Shown here piece after piece: positions 38,915-53,580 of a stretch of DNA of 64,000 nt. The DNA is from Octopus sinensis (lineage: Eukaryota), in NCBI RefSeq assembly GCF_006345805.1, contig NC_043006.1, forward strand, positions 18,600,001 through 18,664,000, written 5' to 3'. A model generated the notes under the pieces. That model saw nothing but the letters and a program-made list of their open reading frames with translations, did not search any database and had not been told where the DNA came from. Each line of letters opens with the position of its first letter. Position 1 is the stretch's first letter. Made by a program: the position numbers and the translations under genes.

Positions 38915-39250
38915 TGTTGGGGTGGGTTTAAATGAAAAGAGGTAATGTATTGAGATCACGAGGGATTGAGGAATGAAGAGATTAATTTAATTTCTGATCT
39001 CGAGTGGGGCGGGAATCCGCGTAGCCTTTGTGCAAGGCCGGTCCGAAAACAGACAGATGTTGTTGCAGTGAAATGGCATGAGACCGAGGTGTCATTGTCG
39101 AATCTGATGTCCCAGTCAGCTAAACAGTTTGACCAATGTACAAGGAACGACAGAGAAAGCAGTAAATTACATTGGTGGAGTTCAAGTGAATGAATTTATG
39201 ATGTGGTAGGAGCAGTGGTGGATGCCGGTGAGGAAAATGGTGTTGCAGAT
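38915..39250 (-). pseudogene. Penelope-like element GIY-YIG endonuclease remnant, followed by a CA-rich 3' tract
   Basis: NSTNVIYCFLCRSLYIGQT then DIRFDNDTSVSCHF...EIKLISS. Confidence 0.7.
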
Positions 39251-39252
39251 GT

Positions 39253-39670
39253 AAGGCAGCGAGCTGGCAGAAACGTTAGCACGCCGGGCGAAATGCTTAG
39301 CAGTATTTCATCTGCCGCTACGTTCTGAGTTCAAATTCCGCCGAAGTCGACTTTGCCTTTCATTCTTTCGGGGTCGATTAAATAAGTACCAGTTACGCAC
39401 TGGGGTCGATATAATCGACTAAATCCGTTTATCTGTCCTTGTTTGTCCTCTCTGTATTTAGCCCCTTGTGGGTAGTAAAGAAATAGATATTTCGTCTGCC
39501 GCTACGTTCTCAGTTCAAATTCCGCCGAGATCGAGTTTGCCTTTCATCCTTTCGGGGTCGATAAATTAAGTATCAGTTACACACTGGGGTCGATATAATC
39601 AACTTAATCCGTTTGTCTGTCTTTGTTTGTCCCCTCTGTGTGTAGCCCCTTGTGGGCAGTAAAGAAATAA
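39253..39670 (+). mobile_element. SINE-B tandem dimer (full copy plus 5'-truncated copy), tail-2
   Basis: Two direct copies joined at about 39487. Confidence 0.92.
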
Positions 39671-39949
39671 GTAGGGCTGGTGCGGCAGCGTGATCGAAAA
39701 TGAGAAAAGAGTTCAGGTTTGGTGCCAAGTGTTGCAAAAAAAAACCTATGGGTCACGTAGGTTGTGTTCACATTTGAAGGAGGGAAGGGAAGAATTATTA
39801 TTGCATTATTTATCGAAGTTTTGTGAAAGCTTTTGATAAGAGATAGTGTTAAATGATTTAGAAAGGGGGGGGGCTATTATCTTTCGCGAAATCTTGTAAA
39901 TTTTCCAATTTTATATACGTTAAGAACTCGACATGAAATGATTTTCTGT

Positions 39950-40440
39950 TCAGCTTATTTATTCCGTCTTCAAATATTTCGGCCATTGATACTCAAACTC
40001 TTTGCCTATGTATATAGGATTTTGTTTTTATCTTGCTTAATCATGTTTTTGCTTTGATTGTGTCTTATTATGTTTTTGTTCTCGTCCATAGATTTTCTAT
40101 GAATAATTAAACGCTCTGCTTAAGATTCTTCATCTTGCAGTGATTAATCCACTCTTTACTATGGGGTTAGAAATTTACGACGGTAATATATCTCCCTTCC
40201 TTCCAAAGTATTAGGACCAGCTACAATGTCACAAAGGAACAAACCACTTGTATACCTAAAGATTCAGGATTCTCTTCTTAATTTGTGTGCCAACAAAAAT
40301 GGAAATAATTCGTTGCCTCTACCTCCCGAACGGTTGTTATAGAGAAGATAAAAACAAATTTAATTTTTTCTCAGCAGTTCAGTTTTGATTCCTTGAAACA
40401 TGTCACCAGCAGTAATATCGTGTATTCCACTCAGATCCTA
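39950..40440 (-). pseudogene. Possible second decayed hAT transposase remnant
   Basis: DITAGDMFQGIK (cf. TTTGxDIFxAVK), VVNF..SKEWINH (cf. VNFIRSRGLNH). Confidence 0.35.
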
Positions 40441-43112
40441 TCTCTTTTTTTCTCTCTCTCTGTTTCTCTCTCTCTCTCTCTCTCTCTCTTTCCTTTCATT
40501 TTTTTTCTTTATCTGAACAGTAACTATGTCTAAGAAATTAGATCAGGTCTCTGGTAATAAGAATTAGTATAGAATACAGTGGATTTGAAACATGTTTTAT
40601 TACACTAGTTTCATTGAACAAGGGAGACACATTTAAGAGGAAATGAAATTAAAGTTCTTTGTTCAAGTCTTGATGGCACAGGAGCAAGATGAATGAAGTG
40701 AATTGCTTTTTAGATTACATAGAAAGCTGTTTGAGTACTTGTTCGGCACACACTTCACTATTGTTCTGTAGGTTATTACATTATTCGATATTGCACTTTA
40801 ACCCTTTCATTTCTTTGACTATGCAAAGCAAAAGATATGACACTTCAAGAAAAAAAATTTAAGTGCGTTTACCAGTTCTGTTGGTGATTTTTAAGGGAAA
40901 TAAAATGCCTCTTCCAGGAAATAATTGCTTTGATTTTCAGTACACAGTTTTAGACCACGTCACAATTACAACTCCAAAAATAATCTTTTTTCAACACCTT
41001 TGTTAATCTTCAATGCAAAGCATTGTGTGGTCACCTTTCTATATCTTTACATCACATCTGCACAAACCTTCGTTCATTAATGAATCTAAATCAGAATAAA
41101 ATTTTTCAGAATTATGCATGTATATAGATGTTTATGAAAATATAATGCAGTCTAAATTCAATTAGAAACACTTTCCTCCAACACAATGGAGATTTAGTTA
41201 AAATTTAAACTTTATCGTCTAAGTCAATTCAAACTGTTGAGCTTTATACCTGGATAGAGGAGACGAAAAGCTGTTGCCCAGTGTACTCTTGTTACGAAGG
41301 GGCCAGATCCTGCCATCGATCATCAGAAAACGGTTTCTCGGCAGTTATGAATGGGGATGATTTTCGTAGTTTTATTTCCTGCTCTAGAATGAGATGTAAG
41401 TTTTTGCCTTGTCATAAGCATATCATATCCTCTTTGTTCTCGTACCGTGTGATAGACTAGTTTACATTTTTATTCGATGTATGCGTAACTATTTACAGTT
41501 TGATGCAAAACCGTGTGGGAGTTCGAATCGTGTTAAAGCTTCGTATTTTGAGTTTTACTTATTAAAATTGCTTTTTTTTCACCTGTTATTTCTATCAACA
41601 TCCGTCACAAAACATAAATGTGGAGGTACACATTTAGTTAAAGTTAAGCATTCCATATCATAAATGTTTTTACTTTTACTTTCTTTTCCATAATCGACTG
41701 CCTCACCATACCATATTTTTGTATCCTCTTGGGATCACTTATTATTTGTTGTTACTCAGGAACCAATATATAATTACTTCAAAATTGAGTAACCAACACA
41801 TATTAATACTTGCGGCACAGCATATTCGAAACAACGATCGATTATTTATTGATGTAAGGTGGCAAATACTAATAATTACTATTTCTTAAAATTTCAAAGG
41901 ACATAATAGAATGTCATATGCAAATATGTATGCACTGTGGCAAATATGGATGACACTGATCGTAAAAATCAGTTTATGAAATCCCAATGAATTAAAATAT
42001 ATAAAAAACATTAGAAACGAAGTCTAGTTGGCCGCAGACACTTATCGGTCATACATCTTAATGAATTAACTTACGAAGCAAAGTGAGAACTTCACTCAAA
42101 CCAACTCAAAGCAATAGGTTCCGACCATTGCCAGGGTCACAATAGAGGGTCGCATTTAAGCTATGAGAAGAATCTACTACAAAAATACCACAAAAAACAT
42201 GCAATTACGTATACAAAACAAATGTAGCCAACCCATCAAAGGCTGTCTATAGAAAATCCTTATGTTTTTTTTTATGGTTTCAACACCTGCGCAAAATCAT
42301 TCAATGCGATGGTGTAAACAGCTCCAAAAATATAAACGCGGTGTGGGAATAGCAGACCTAAAGTAAGAGTGAAACGTAGTTTAATATATTTATTGAGGTG
42401 ATGCCTTACTTAATGTTAATAGACACAAATAACGAATAAAAAAGAGGCATATTTCTTACATAATGAATTATGAAAGTATTAAAACAAATGAACTGCTAAA
42501 GCAGTGTTGCCTTTAGATATACGTTGAGCATGTGTTAAACATGCCTTAAATAAGGAAAATAAATCGAAACGGACGTTGCCACCGAAAGAACAAGCAAATT
42601 TAATAACAATCTAAACATGCCAAATATAAGTTACTAAGCATAAAAATAATCAAATAAGTTACTAAACACATAAATGATTTTGATACGGAAAACATAACTT
42701 AAATATGAGCATATTTCCACTAATTTGCTCTTTCCACAAAATCAACTTCCCCACTTAAACGATAGCAGAAGCTCTCACGTGGTGACAGATCAAGAGGATA
42801 TCATATATATCCAGTCGTAGGTAACAAACCAAAGTACAGAAAGACGAGTCCTCTCCCCCAAAATTTCAGGCTTTGTGCCTATTGTAGGACTAAATAATAA
42901 ACATCGTCTATTATATCTCTGTTTGTATTAGACGCGAGATTTCCAAAAACATATATTATGCTTTATTTGTTGTCCTATCGATTCTGCCAATCACAGAAGA
43001 AATGATGCAAAATTAGGTTACTTCAGCTATCTATGAAAATTTGGCATAACTGAAAGCTAATCTGCGCTCGCGAAGGAAGTGCGAACGTGATAGGAAAAAG
43101 AAAAATGAATAT

Positions 43113-43290
43113 ATAGGCGTAGGAGTGGCTGTGTGGTAAGTAGCTTGCTAACGAACCACATGGTTCCGGGTTCAGTCCCACTGCGCGGCATCTTGGGCAA
43201 GTGTCTTCTGCTATAGCCCCGGGCCGACCAATGCCTTGTGAGTGGATTTGGTAGACGGAAACTGAAAGAAGCCTGTCGTATATATGTATT

Positions 43291-43321
<31 letters not shown>

Positions 43322-43530
43322 GTTTGTGTGTCTGTGTTTGTCCCCCTAGCATTGCTTGACAGCGGATGCTGGTGTGTTTACGTCCCCGTCACTTAGCGGT
43401 TCGGCAAAAAGAGACCGATAGAATAAGTACTGGGCTTACAAAGAATAAGTCCCGGGGTCGATTTGCTCGACTAAAGGCGGTGCTCCAGCATGGCCGCAGT
43501 CAAATGACTGAAAGAAGTAAAAAGAATAAA
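43113..43530 (+). mobile_element. SINE-A, full length
   Basis: Near-identical to 1187-1602 reversed. Confidence 0.92.
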
Positions 43531-43739
43531 AGGAGTATATTGAGTGAACTGAATAAATGTAAATATCTCATGTCAATATCGAGTATACTATGCCAACCAG
43601 AACACATAGCTCTGATGGAAATGGAACGTAAAATACTGTACTATAAGAATTTTGCTGTGCCATCCACAATATATATCTATTGGGCAGCTCGTAGTGTTTT
43701 TGGTAGATTTCGGAGTTGGTACCTAAAACAGAGGACAGC

Positions 43740-43847
43740 AGATATTCATGGCACACAGAGCTGCGCTTGGTAATGCAATGAAAGCACATAATAAAATTAG
43801 AAATATTGAATAACAACAACAGCAAGAACAACAACAACAACAACAAC

Positions 43848-43906
<59 letters not shown>

Positions 43907-43970
43907 TAATAATAATGATAATAATAATAACGATAATAATAATAATTATAATAATAATAATAATAATAAT
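43740..43970 (+). mobile_element. R4/Dong-like 3' UTR end plus (AAC)/(AAT)n tail
   Basis: ggcacacagagctgcgc..ggta.tg.a.tgaaagcac matches 37168-37210. Confidence 0.7.
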
Positions 43971-44190
43971 CCTTTCTACGGGAAGCAAAAGGCCTCAAAT
44001 TTTGGGGAAGGGATTAAGTCGATAATATCATCGACCCCAGTGCGTAACTGGTACTTATTTAATCGACCCGAAATAATGAAAGGCAAAGTCGATCGGTGGA
44101 ATTTGAACTCAGAACGTAGCGGCAGACGAAATAAATAGCACTAAGCATTTCGTCCGGCGTGCTAACGATTCTGCCAGCTCACCGCTTTCA
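43971..44190 (-). mobile_element. SINE-B, full length (a further 3' fragment lies at 44215-44330)
   Basis: Reverse-complement match. Confidence 0.85.
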
Positions 44191-44641
44191 CTAGCAATAA
44201 TAATGGATTCAAATCTTGCCACAAAGGCATCTGTTTGTGAGGAGAGGACAAGTCGATTACATTGATCCCAGGGTTTCACTGTTACATAACTTATCAACCC
44301 CGAAAGGATGAAAGGCCTTGTGCCTATAGCGGAACATGATGGCATCATCATCATGCATATCTTCGTCCTGATCATCATCAACGCCATCATCATCAACGTC
44401 ATGACGATCATCAAGACGATTATCATTACCATGTTGAGGAGGTTGAGAAATATTTTTCTAATTACGTAAGTGATGCTGTTCAAATAAAGCACGTAAGAAT
44501 TTAAGGAAGAACATATCTCATATTTAACTTCTAATAATGATATGATTCGAAAACAGCTTGAAAGCCACTATATGCGTAGTAGCTGATTATATTAGATCCC
44601 TGCGATTCTTAATATATATTATATATACTTTGATACTTTGA

Positions 44642-45963
<1,322 letters not shown>

Positions 45964-45974
45964 TAACTCATAAT

Positions 45975-47580
45975 TGTTTTGTGGATGACATTGAAAATTT
46001 ATGCTAAAAATATTACAATGGCAATAAGGAAACAGTTGACATAAATAATAACGTTTTCAGTTTATATGCGAATGGAATTTGGCTAAAAGGAGCGTTGGTA
46101 TTTGAATATCAAACGCGGAAAATCAGTCCACCAAATCCAAAACTGTAAATCAACGTCTCTCTATCTCTCCTCTTCCAAAAAAAAAAAAAAAATGCTATAA
46201 ATACTTAGGCATTGAGAAAAATATATCATACGATGTTGCTGTGAAGAAATATTGAGTGACTCGGGAGTATTACACTTGACATAGAAAAATATGGGAACTC
46301 TCCTCTTACAACAAGGCAATATCTCACAATGCATTTGCACTACTAGAGTTGATTCCATCATTTCGGATATTTTACTAGTTTGTAGAGGAAATCCATTCTC
46401 TAGACATACAAAAGTCTCAAGATCATAAGATTAATCGGAAACTTGAATAGAAACATTGATATTGACAAGCTGTACCTAATAAGAGATGAAGGAAAGAGAG
46501 GCTTAGGATCAATGCAGACAGCCTTCGAATGTCATTTAGTTTCTCTCTCAGTCAGCATTTGCTAACAACAGTAGCAAGAATAAATAAATATAAATCTTGT
46601 GTTGAAAAGCGAAGTTAACAACATCCTACATATCGATAGTGAGATACTCATGAAGTACATTCTACGTGATCTGCTCCCATACCCCCCCCCCAAATCAGCA
46701 GGATATTACACACCTCAAAGAAGACCTGGATATTCAGCACACCAAAAAAAAAAAAAAGATGGACTATGCATTGATATGTTTCCTGAAGACTTGGTGATGA
46801 CACTAATATTGATTTCAGATTTTGGCACACGGCCAAAGATTTCTAGAGAGGGATAAACAGATTATATCGATCCCAGTGTCCAACTGGTGCTTATTTTTTC
46901 CGCCCCAAAAGCGTAAAAGGCAACACCGACCTCGGCGGAATTTTGAACTCAAAACGTAGAGATGGACGAAAGGCTGTTAAGCAATTTACATTACGTGTTA
47001 ATGATTCTGCCAGCTCACCGCCTTAGATGACACTAATATTGACATGAAGTGCAGTTTTCTTGGAATTGTGAACGCTACATCACATTTTATTTGGAATGCA
47101 TTTGCATTTGAAGCACAGGAAATTGCTTCAAAAGAACTTATAAACAAAAGCGATAGTGAATCAGTTTGAGCTCTAACATGCAGCTGAAAATGTCAGTGAC
47201 AAGCAGCTACCCAAAAATGTCATCGAAGTTCTACTTTGCAATGAGATATAACGTCATTGCCAAAACAATATACAGAGCTGCCCCAAAAATAAAACCGGTC
47301 TTGGATAAATATAGAAAATTTTCCTGTTAGGGAATGCATTCATAAACATAACACAATGAAACATACCCATCAAAACTTGTACCAACTGCAGACATAGAAG
47401 GCTGGCATAGCTTTTAGGAACATACATGGAAAAGTATGTACCGCGATAATGGTCTGTTGTTCTGGTTATACGAATATTCCTTCCCGAATCAAAAAGAGAT
47501 TAACTACAGACAACTGTTTTGAAACCTTCAGCTTTTGTACACAGATTATAAATTTATATGATACTAATTAATTGATGCAC
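45975..47580 (+). pseudogene. Decayed R4/NeSL-like RLE LINE (RT to endonuclease), interrupted by a SINE-B
   Basis: FVDD, MEFG, YKYLGIEKNISYD, ELSSYNKAISHNAFAL, PIKTCTNCRH, NLQLLYTDYKF, in collinear order. Confidence 0.7.
46813..47025 (-). mobile_element. SINE-B with 17-bp TSD
   Basis: TSD GATGACACTAATATTGA at 46796-46812 and 47026-47042. Confidence 0.92.
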
Positions 47581-47860
47581 TTAGATTTGTCAGTAAATAC
47601 CTAAATGGCAATCTAGATAAGCTTGAGTTTTTAGAAAACAAATCTACCTGCTAATTCACACATTACAAATAAAATTTGTGAATGGAACAGTGAAAATATG
47701 GAAGATTTCTGAAGTTGAAGATATGACATTAATTTTGTCATCTACATTCCTTACAGGAAAATTCAAATAATTAAAAACAAAAGAGAACGTAGTACATATA
47801 TACGTACATGCATGTATACAAACACACGTACATACATAGTAACCGTTATAGTCATTTTAA

Positions 47861-48198
47861 GTGAGGGCGCGTGGCTTAGGGGTTAGGGCATTCGGCTCAT
47901 GATCGTAAGGTTGTGAGTTCGATTCCCGGCGACGCGTTGTGTCCTTGAGCAAGACACTTTATTTCACGTTGCTCCAGTCCACTCAGCTGGCAAAAATGAG
48001 TTGTACTTGTATTTCAAAGGGTCAGCCTTGTCACTCTCTGTGTCACGCTGATTATCCCCGAGAACTACGTTAAGGGTACACGTGTCTGTGGAATGCTCAG
48101 CCACTTGCACGTTAATTTCACGAGCAAGCTGTTCCGTTGATCGTATCAGCTGGGACCCTCGTCGTCGTAACCGGCGGAGTCTTTTAAAGTCTTTTTTA
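47861..48198 (+). mobile_element. SINE-D with 11-bp TSD
   Basis: TSD AGTCATTTTAA at 47850-47860 and 48199-48209. A-box TGGCTTAG.GG and B-box GTTCGATTCCC. Confidence 0.93.
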
Positions 48199-48359
48199 AG
48201 TCATTTTAATGTTCGAACGTGTAATTACTTGCTTACATGAAACAATATATGGTATCAGGGAAAAGTTGAGTAACAAAATTTGAGATTAAATGCAAATATA
48301 TGGGTTTATTGTCTAGATAGCAAATGTTAAATGACATCACATATATAAAAAATGTGCCA

Positions 48360-49040
48360 GAAACTCCACTTCGTCTGTTATCAAAGCACTTTGTATTATT
48401 GCAGTCTCTTCCCTAAATGTTAAGTATGAGCTGCATGAAGAGAGTTTAAAACTCTAAGTATCAGTAAATAATACAGACATGACAGTTAGGTTGAAATGTT
48501 CGTTTTGAAATAGATCGCTTCGATATTGTTTCACTGAATAACTTCTATCAAATTCTTGTATCAACTAAAGATTGTGAATGAAATTTATTCAACAGAATAA
48601 ATTGCGTGGGAGAGTGTGGGAAGAACTAATCTTACTGTTATTGATAGACTTAGTCAGTTATTCGGTTTAATGCCACAATCTCACCTTATTTTTCTGCCTC
48701 TAATCAGCCATTAAAAATCATGAATTTCATTAAAGACTGTTTTGTAAGCCTATAAGGTGTAATTCCAGACACACATACACCACATGATGTGCGGTACCTA
48801 TTATGTAAATTCAGATATAATTGAACTAAAAGCCGGATATAGCTGTTTAGAAATAAAAGAAAATTCAAGCTGAGAATAACTTTAAATTTAATCGTGATAA
48901 AAATTTACTAGAACTTGGTTGTCCATCACCTATTTAAAACTATATAGGAACTTAAAATAAAAATAAGTTGAAAAAAAAAATATAAGCACATATATATTTT
49001 GCATATAATTACATGCACAGACGCAAAACACACACAAAAG

Positions 49041-49102
<62 letters not shown>

Positions 49103-49248
49103 GTATATATATATATGTATATGTATATACATATATATATACATATATATATATGTATATGTATATACATATATATACATATATATATGTATATGTATAT
49201 ATATATATATGTATATGTATATACATATATATACATACATATATACAT

Positions 49249-49282
<34 letters not shown>

Positions 49283-50190
49283 GTATATGTATATGCATAT
49301 ATATACATACATATATACATATATATATGTATATGTATATATATATATATGTATATGTATATACATATATATACATACATATATACATAAATGTGTATGT
49401 GTGTGTTCGCGCGAGAGTGTGTGTGATTCTGTGTGTATGCACATACAAATTTATATATGTATATATTTGGTGGACGATTTTGATTGTTGTGTATATGTGC
49501 ACAGGTCTCCTTCACAGATAGGTTTGTGTCAGCAGTTGCCTTTAATATTCTATTCTCCAAAAATAGGACAAAATAGAATTTTCTTTTGAATCTTTTCTTT
49601 GATTCGATTGATAATTTCATTCACAATATTTTTGCTATTGAAATCCTTGTGTCGTTAAATATAGACATATTTTGACATCTGTAAGTAATGTTAAAAATGC
49701 TTCATACACTATACTTTGATTGTTAAATAGGAAAAAAAACATCTCATCTAATGGCGTTGCCAGCTGTTGTCTGAAACTCGACATTTCTTGCAGGAACCCA
49801 ACTATCTCTATTTTCAAGGTATTTTGTCTCATAGCAGTCTTTTCCTAAATGTTAAATATTTTTAGCATAAATTATCAGCTGTAAAAAATTATGATTTACA
49901 GTACTAAAATCAGTAAAAAGTACAGACATGAGTGGGCGATTAAAATGCTCGCTTCGAAATGGTAACGATGCATATCACTTTGAGCACGCTTCTTCAATCA
50001 AACTCTTGTATCGGCTAAAACATTTTGAAAGAAATTTGGTCGACGGAATAAATTGCGTGGGAGACTGTGAGAAGTACCAATCTTGTTGGTATTGATAGAC
50101 GTAATCTCTTGTCTGGTTTAATTTCACAATGACACTTCATTTTTCTACCTCTAATCTTTTAATAATTATGCATTTCACTTTGTAAACCAA
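48360..50190 (+). repeat. Diverged ~400-bp direct repeat (48360-48740 and 49790-50190)
   Basis: Shared cctaaatgttaa, tacagacatga, GAATAAATTGCGTGGGAGA (48595 and 50046) and tattgatagac. Confidence 0.75.
49040..49460. repeat. Compound (TA)/(TATG)/(CATA) microsatellite with higher-order units
   Basis: Direct reading. Confidence 0.9.
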
Positions 50191-51317
50191 TAACGTTTAA
50201 AGCATGGTTTTGCAAAATTCGAATATTTAATGAACTGTAAGATGCAACGTAGTATATAACACACATTCATAGGCATATATGTACTAAATACCTTGTGGTG
50301 ATAAATGTTGTTCAAACCAAATTTGAGAGCTAAACTTTATACTCTGTATTGACTCTGTATCCCTCCACAAATTTATTAACAAGTAGCCACAATCTACATG
50401 AGTTTCACAACGCTGTTCCAGCAACTTTCGTCCTTTTATTAACATTGGCAAGGTTCCAATGTCGTGTTGAGTGTATATATCAATGACATTCATATAGTTT
50501 CGTTGTCGTCGTCTGCCTTTTGGGAGCAGAAGTCTCCTAATTATAGCATGTGATGTGGCCTGATTACCGGCGCAATAACAGTGGCTAGAAAAGCCAACCT
50601 TGCGTTCCGTAACAATAGCATACATGAATCCTTTTTGAGGTTTCGTTTCTTGTTTTCATGCCATGAGATATTCTGTGATCTTATAAGAAACCTAACATGA
50701 AGGCGAACTCGAAATTCCGTCTTCATACTCCAAATTTTCCAAATACCCGCGTATAATCTGCACTAATGTTTTGTGTTCATTAAATCAGACTTAATTAATA
50801 AATTAATCAAAAATAGAAACCGTGTAATATGTGCCAACTATTTTAAACTAAAAATGAGCGCCATTTTAGTATATAGAAGATTCCAGTAAAGATAGTTTCG
50901 ATTCTTCATTTTAGTTCCTTCTTTTAGTTTTTTCAGGTCCTTCAAATTTTACGGACAGTAATAAAGTTTTACGTATCAGAGATTAAAATAAATCCTTTAT
51001 CAATCTATATCGACAATTTAATTATTAGGGAAGAATTTATCACAAAAGTTGTTACATATCTCTTCTTCACATCGGTCCATAATCACAGCTACACACATGT
51101 ACACACATATACACATATATTTATGTATGTATGTACGTATATAAGTATGTATATATGTATACACTTGAGTATACATATATACATGATACAGCCATCACTT
51201 TTGACAACTAAGAATCTACAACAAACTTTATCCTCTTATCTTTCTTTTTATACTGCTGCGTGTTGCTATCCTACCCTCCAAATTTTAGTCTGACGTCTGA
51301 CATTGTATATGATACAC

Positions 51318-51472
<155 letters not shown>

Positions 51473-53350
51473 ATTGTCATATATTACATTATAATTGCTG
51501 GGCTTCTTTTTTTTCCTTCTACCAAATTCATTCAAAAAGCATTGATTTTCTTTCAGAAGAAATACTAGTCAAGTGTGACGTGCTGTAAGACTGAACCTGA
51601 AACCACGTGTTTGTGAAGTGAACCACACAACCATCTAAGTCATAATTTCAAACTGTCAACAATATTAATGTGGATTGAGTGTAAAAACCAAAATAAAATG
51701 GATTCATTCGAGAACGCTGACTTCAGAGGAAGATGTTATACATGTCCTCGTTAAACAACGAGATTTAGTTGAATATCTGGCAATGGCTTGGTGCATTTGG
51801 AAAACAGCAGAACCGGTGAATAAGCTTAGACAAATATGGAAGAGAATTTATAATCTGAAGAAAGTTATTGCAAATATTTCTTTCGATTTAGTGAAAGAGG
51901 ATTTATGGAGTGAGTGCATTCTACGTAGGGATAATGATATTTTTCATAGATAATTTCAAAGAGAGGTCATTGTCAGGAAAACAAAAACGAGCTTGAATAG
52001 CAAGTATGCTATTTATGTGAATGTGTATATTTGCCTCAAAGTGAAATAGGATATACTGGAGTATAAATCGGAGTCGGCAGGTGAAACAAAGCGATAGGGA
52101 ATTGTCCAGTGATTAGATTAGTCTTACCTCTCAAATGTATATGTATGCATATTTTGTGCGGTTGGATGTGTGTGCGTGTGTATGTATGTGCGGAACTTTT
52201 CAATTCACAATTTACAGAACTCTATTAATACAACATCCACATAAAGCAACTCATGAATCGCTGTAAAATTCACATAAAAACTTCCACACTCGTTATTTCC
52301 CTTTGATTCTATCCTATTTCATTTTCGTCACCTTCAGTTACATTCCACTACTTCCTTTCTTGTTATCCTCTCTTTCTTTTCTTCTATTTTTCAATAAAGC
52401 CGTTCTTATTTCGAGTTCTCCGCGAGAAATATGCCAATCTACAGAAAGCAGTGCGATAGAACCTTATCACATAAAGATATCTAACAAAGATCGATTTTCA
52501 GTAATGACAAACAACTGATGGAAATTCACTGCCAAAAGCTATATCAAGGCGGCAAACAACAAACAATAGTCAAGTGGAAAACTACACACTTTTGATTTTT
52601 GTTGTTCTGTTGTTTGGGGGGGGGGGCGTTGTTGATTTATGTGGTGTGCGAGCTGTTATGTGTGATTTGAACTAGAATGTGATATTTGGGTTATGAACAA
52701 GACACTTCTTTTATGAGCCACTAGGGTTCTAACCTCAGCCTCATAGCTCTAAGCCTTACACGTGAAAACTTTTTCGAGAAGCGGGCCACATGAGACATGG
52801 TTCATTACCAGGCGAGCGGTACTACTAGAAGAAGTAAAGGCAATTTTTCGTTAGGTGTGTCATTCAGGAATTCTCGCAAACCGCAGGTTGACTAGGGCGT
52901 AAGTTGTTTTGACATTAAGAGTATTTGGCATACATCTGCCACAGTTTGTTGTAGCTTGCCTACCAGAAACATTTAGGAAAACCTATATAAATGTGTATTG
53001 AATGCCTGATCTATAAACCATTGTATAACACCCATGGCCGATTTGGGCTCTCGAAACATTAGCTAGTGGCTCAGTTCCTTAACCATGTAACTAATTTAGC
53101 TCTTGCGTTTTGCCTCTTGTCAAAAGCTGTAAACTAATTATATTGTTAGTCAATTCTTTTTTTTCTAATTAAATACCAAAGATAAGGAGTAACACCCAAA
53201 ATACTAAAATACGAGCCTTCACTATTCATACACACAGACACACACACACACATACAAACGAACGCTCGCACACACACACACACACGCACGTACACTCACA
53301 TGCACACGTACGCGCGCGTGCACACATCACATATAACATATATACTGGGG

Positions 53351-53573
53351 AGCTGGCAGAAACGTTAGCACGCCGGGCGAAATGCGTAGCCGTATTTCGT
53401 CTGCCGTTACGTTCCGAGTTCAAATTCCGGCGAGGTCGACTTTGCCTTTCATCCTTCCGGGGTCGATAAATTAAGTACCAGTTACGCACTGGGGTCGATG
53501 TAATCGACTTAATCCGTTTGTCTGTCCTTGTTTGTCTCCTCTGTGTTTAGCCCCTTGTGGGTAGTAAAGAAAT
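53351..53573 (+). mobile_element. SINE-B (tail-2) with a 13-bp TSD overlapping the Tc1 terminus
   Basis: TSD ATATATACTGGGG at 53338-53350 and 53574-53586. Confidence 0.9.
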
Positions 53574-53580
53574 ATATATA

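Noticed and set aside
41250-41400. Open frame ending at a GTAAGT donor
   Set aside because: Weak acceptor and no recognisable homology.
50380-50760. Possible decayed mariner derivative on the minus strand
   Set aside because: No clear TIRs or diagnostic motifs.
51675-51953. 92-aa ORF with natural-looking composition; an alternative frame has GRCYTCPR (piggyBac-like)
   Set aside because: Cannot be assigned without a search; the motif is too short.
52715-53072. 10-bp inverted repeat GAGCCACTAG/CTAGTGGCTC
   Set aside because: Does not extend and has no TSD; compatible with chance.
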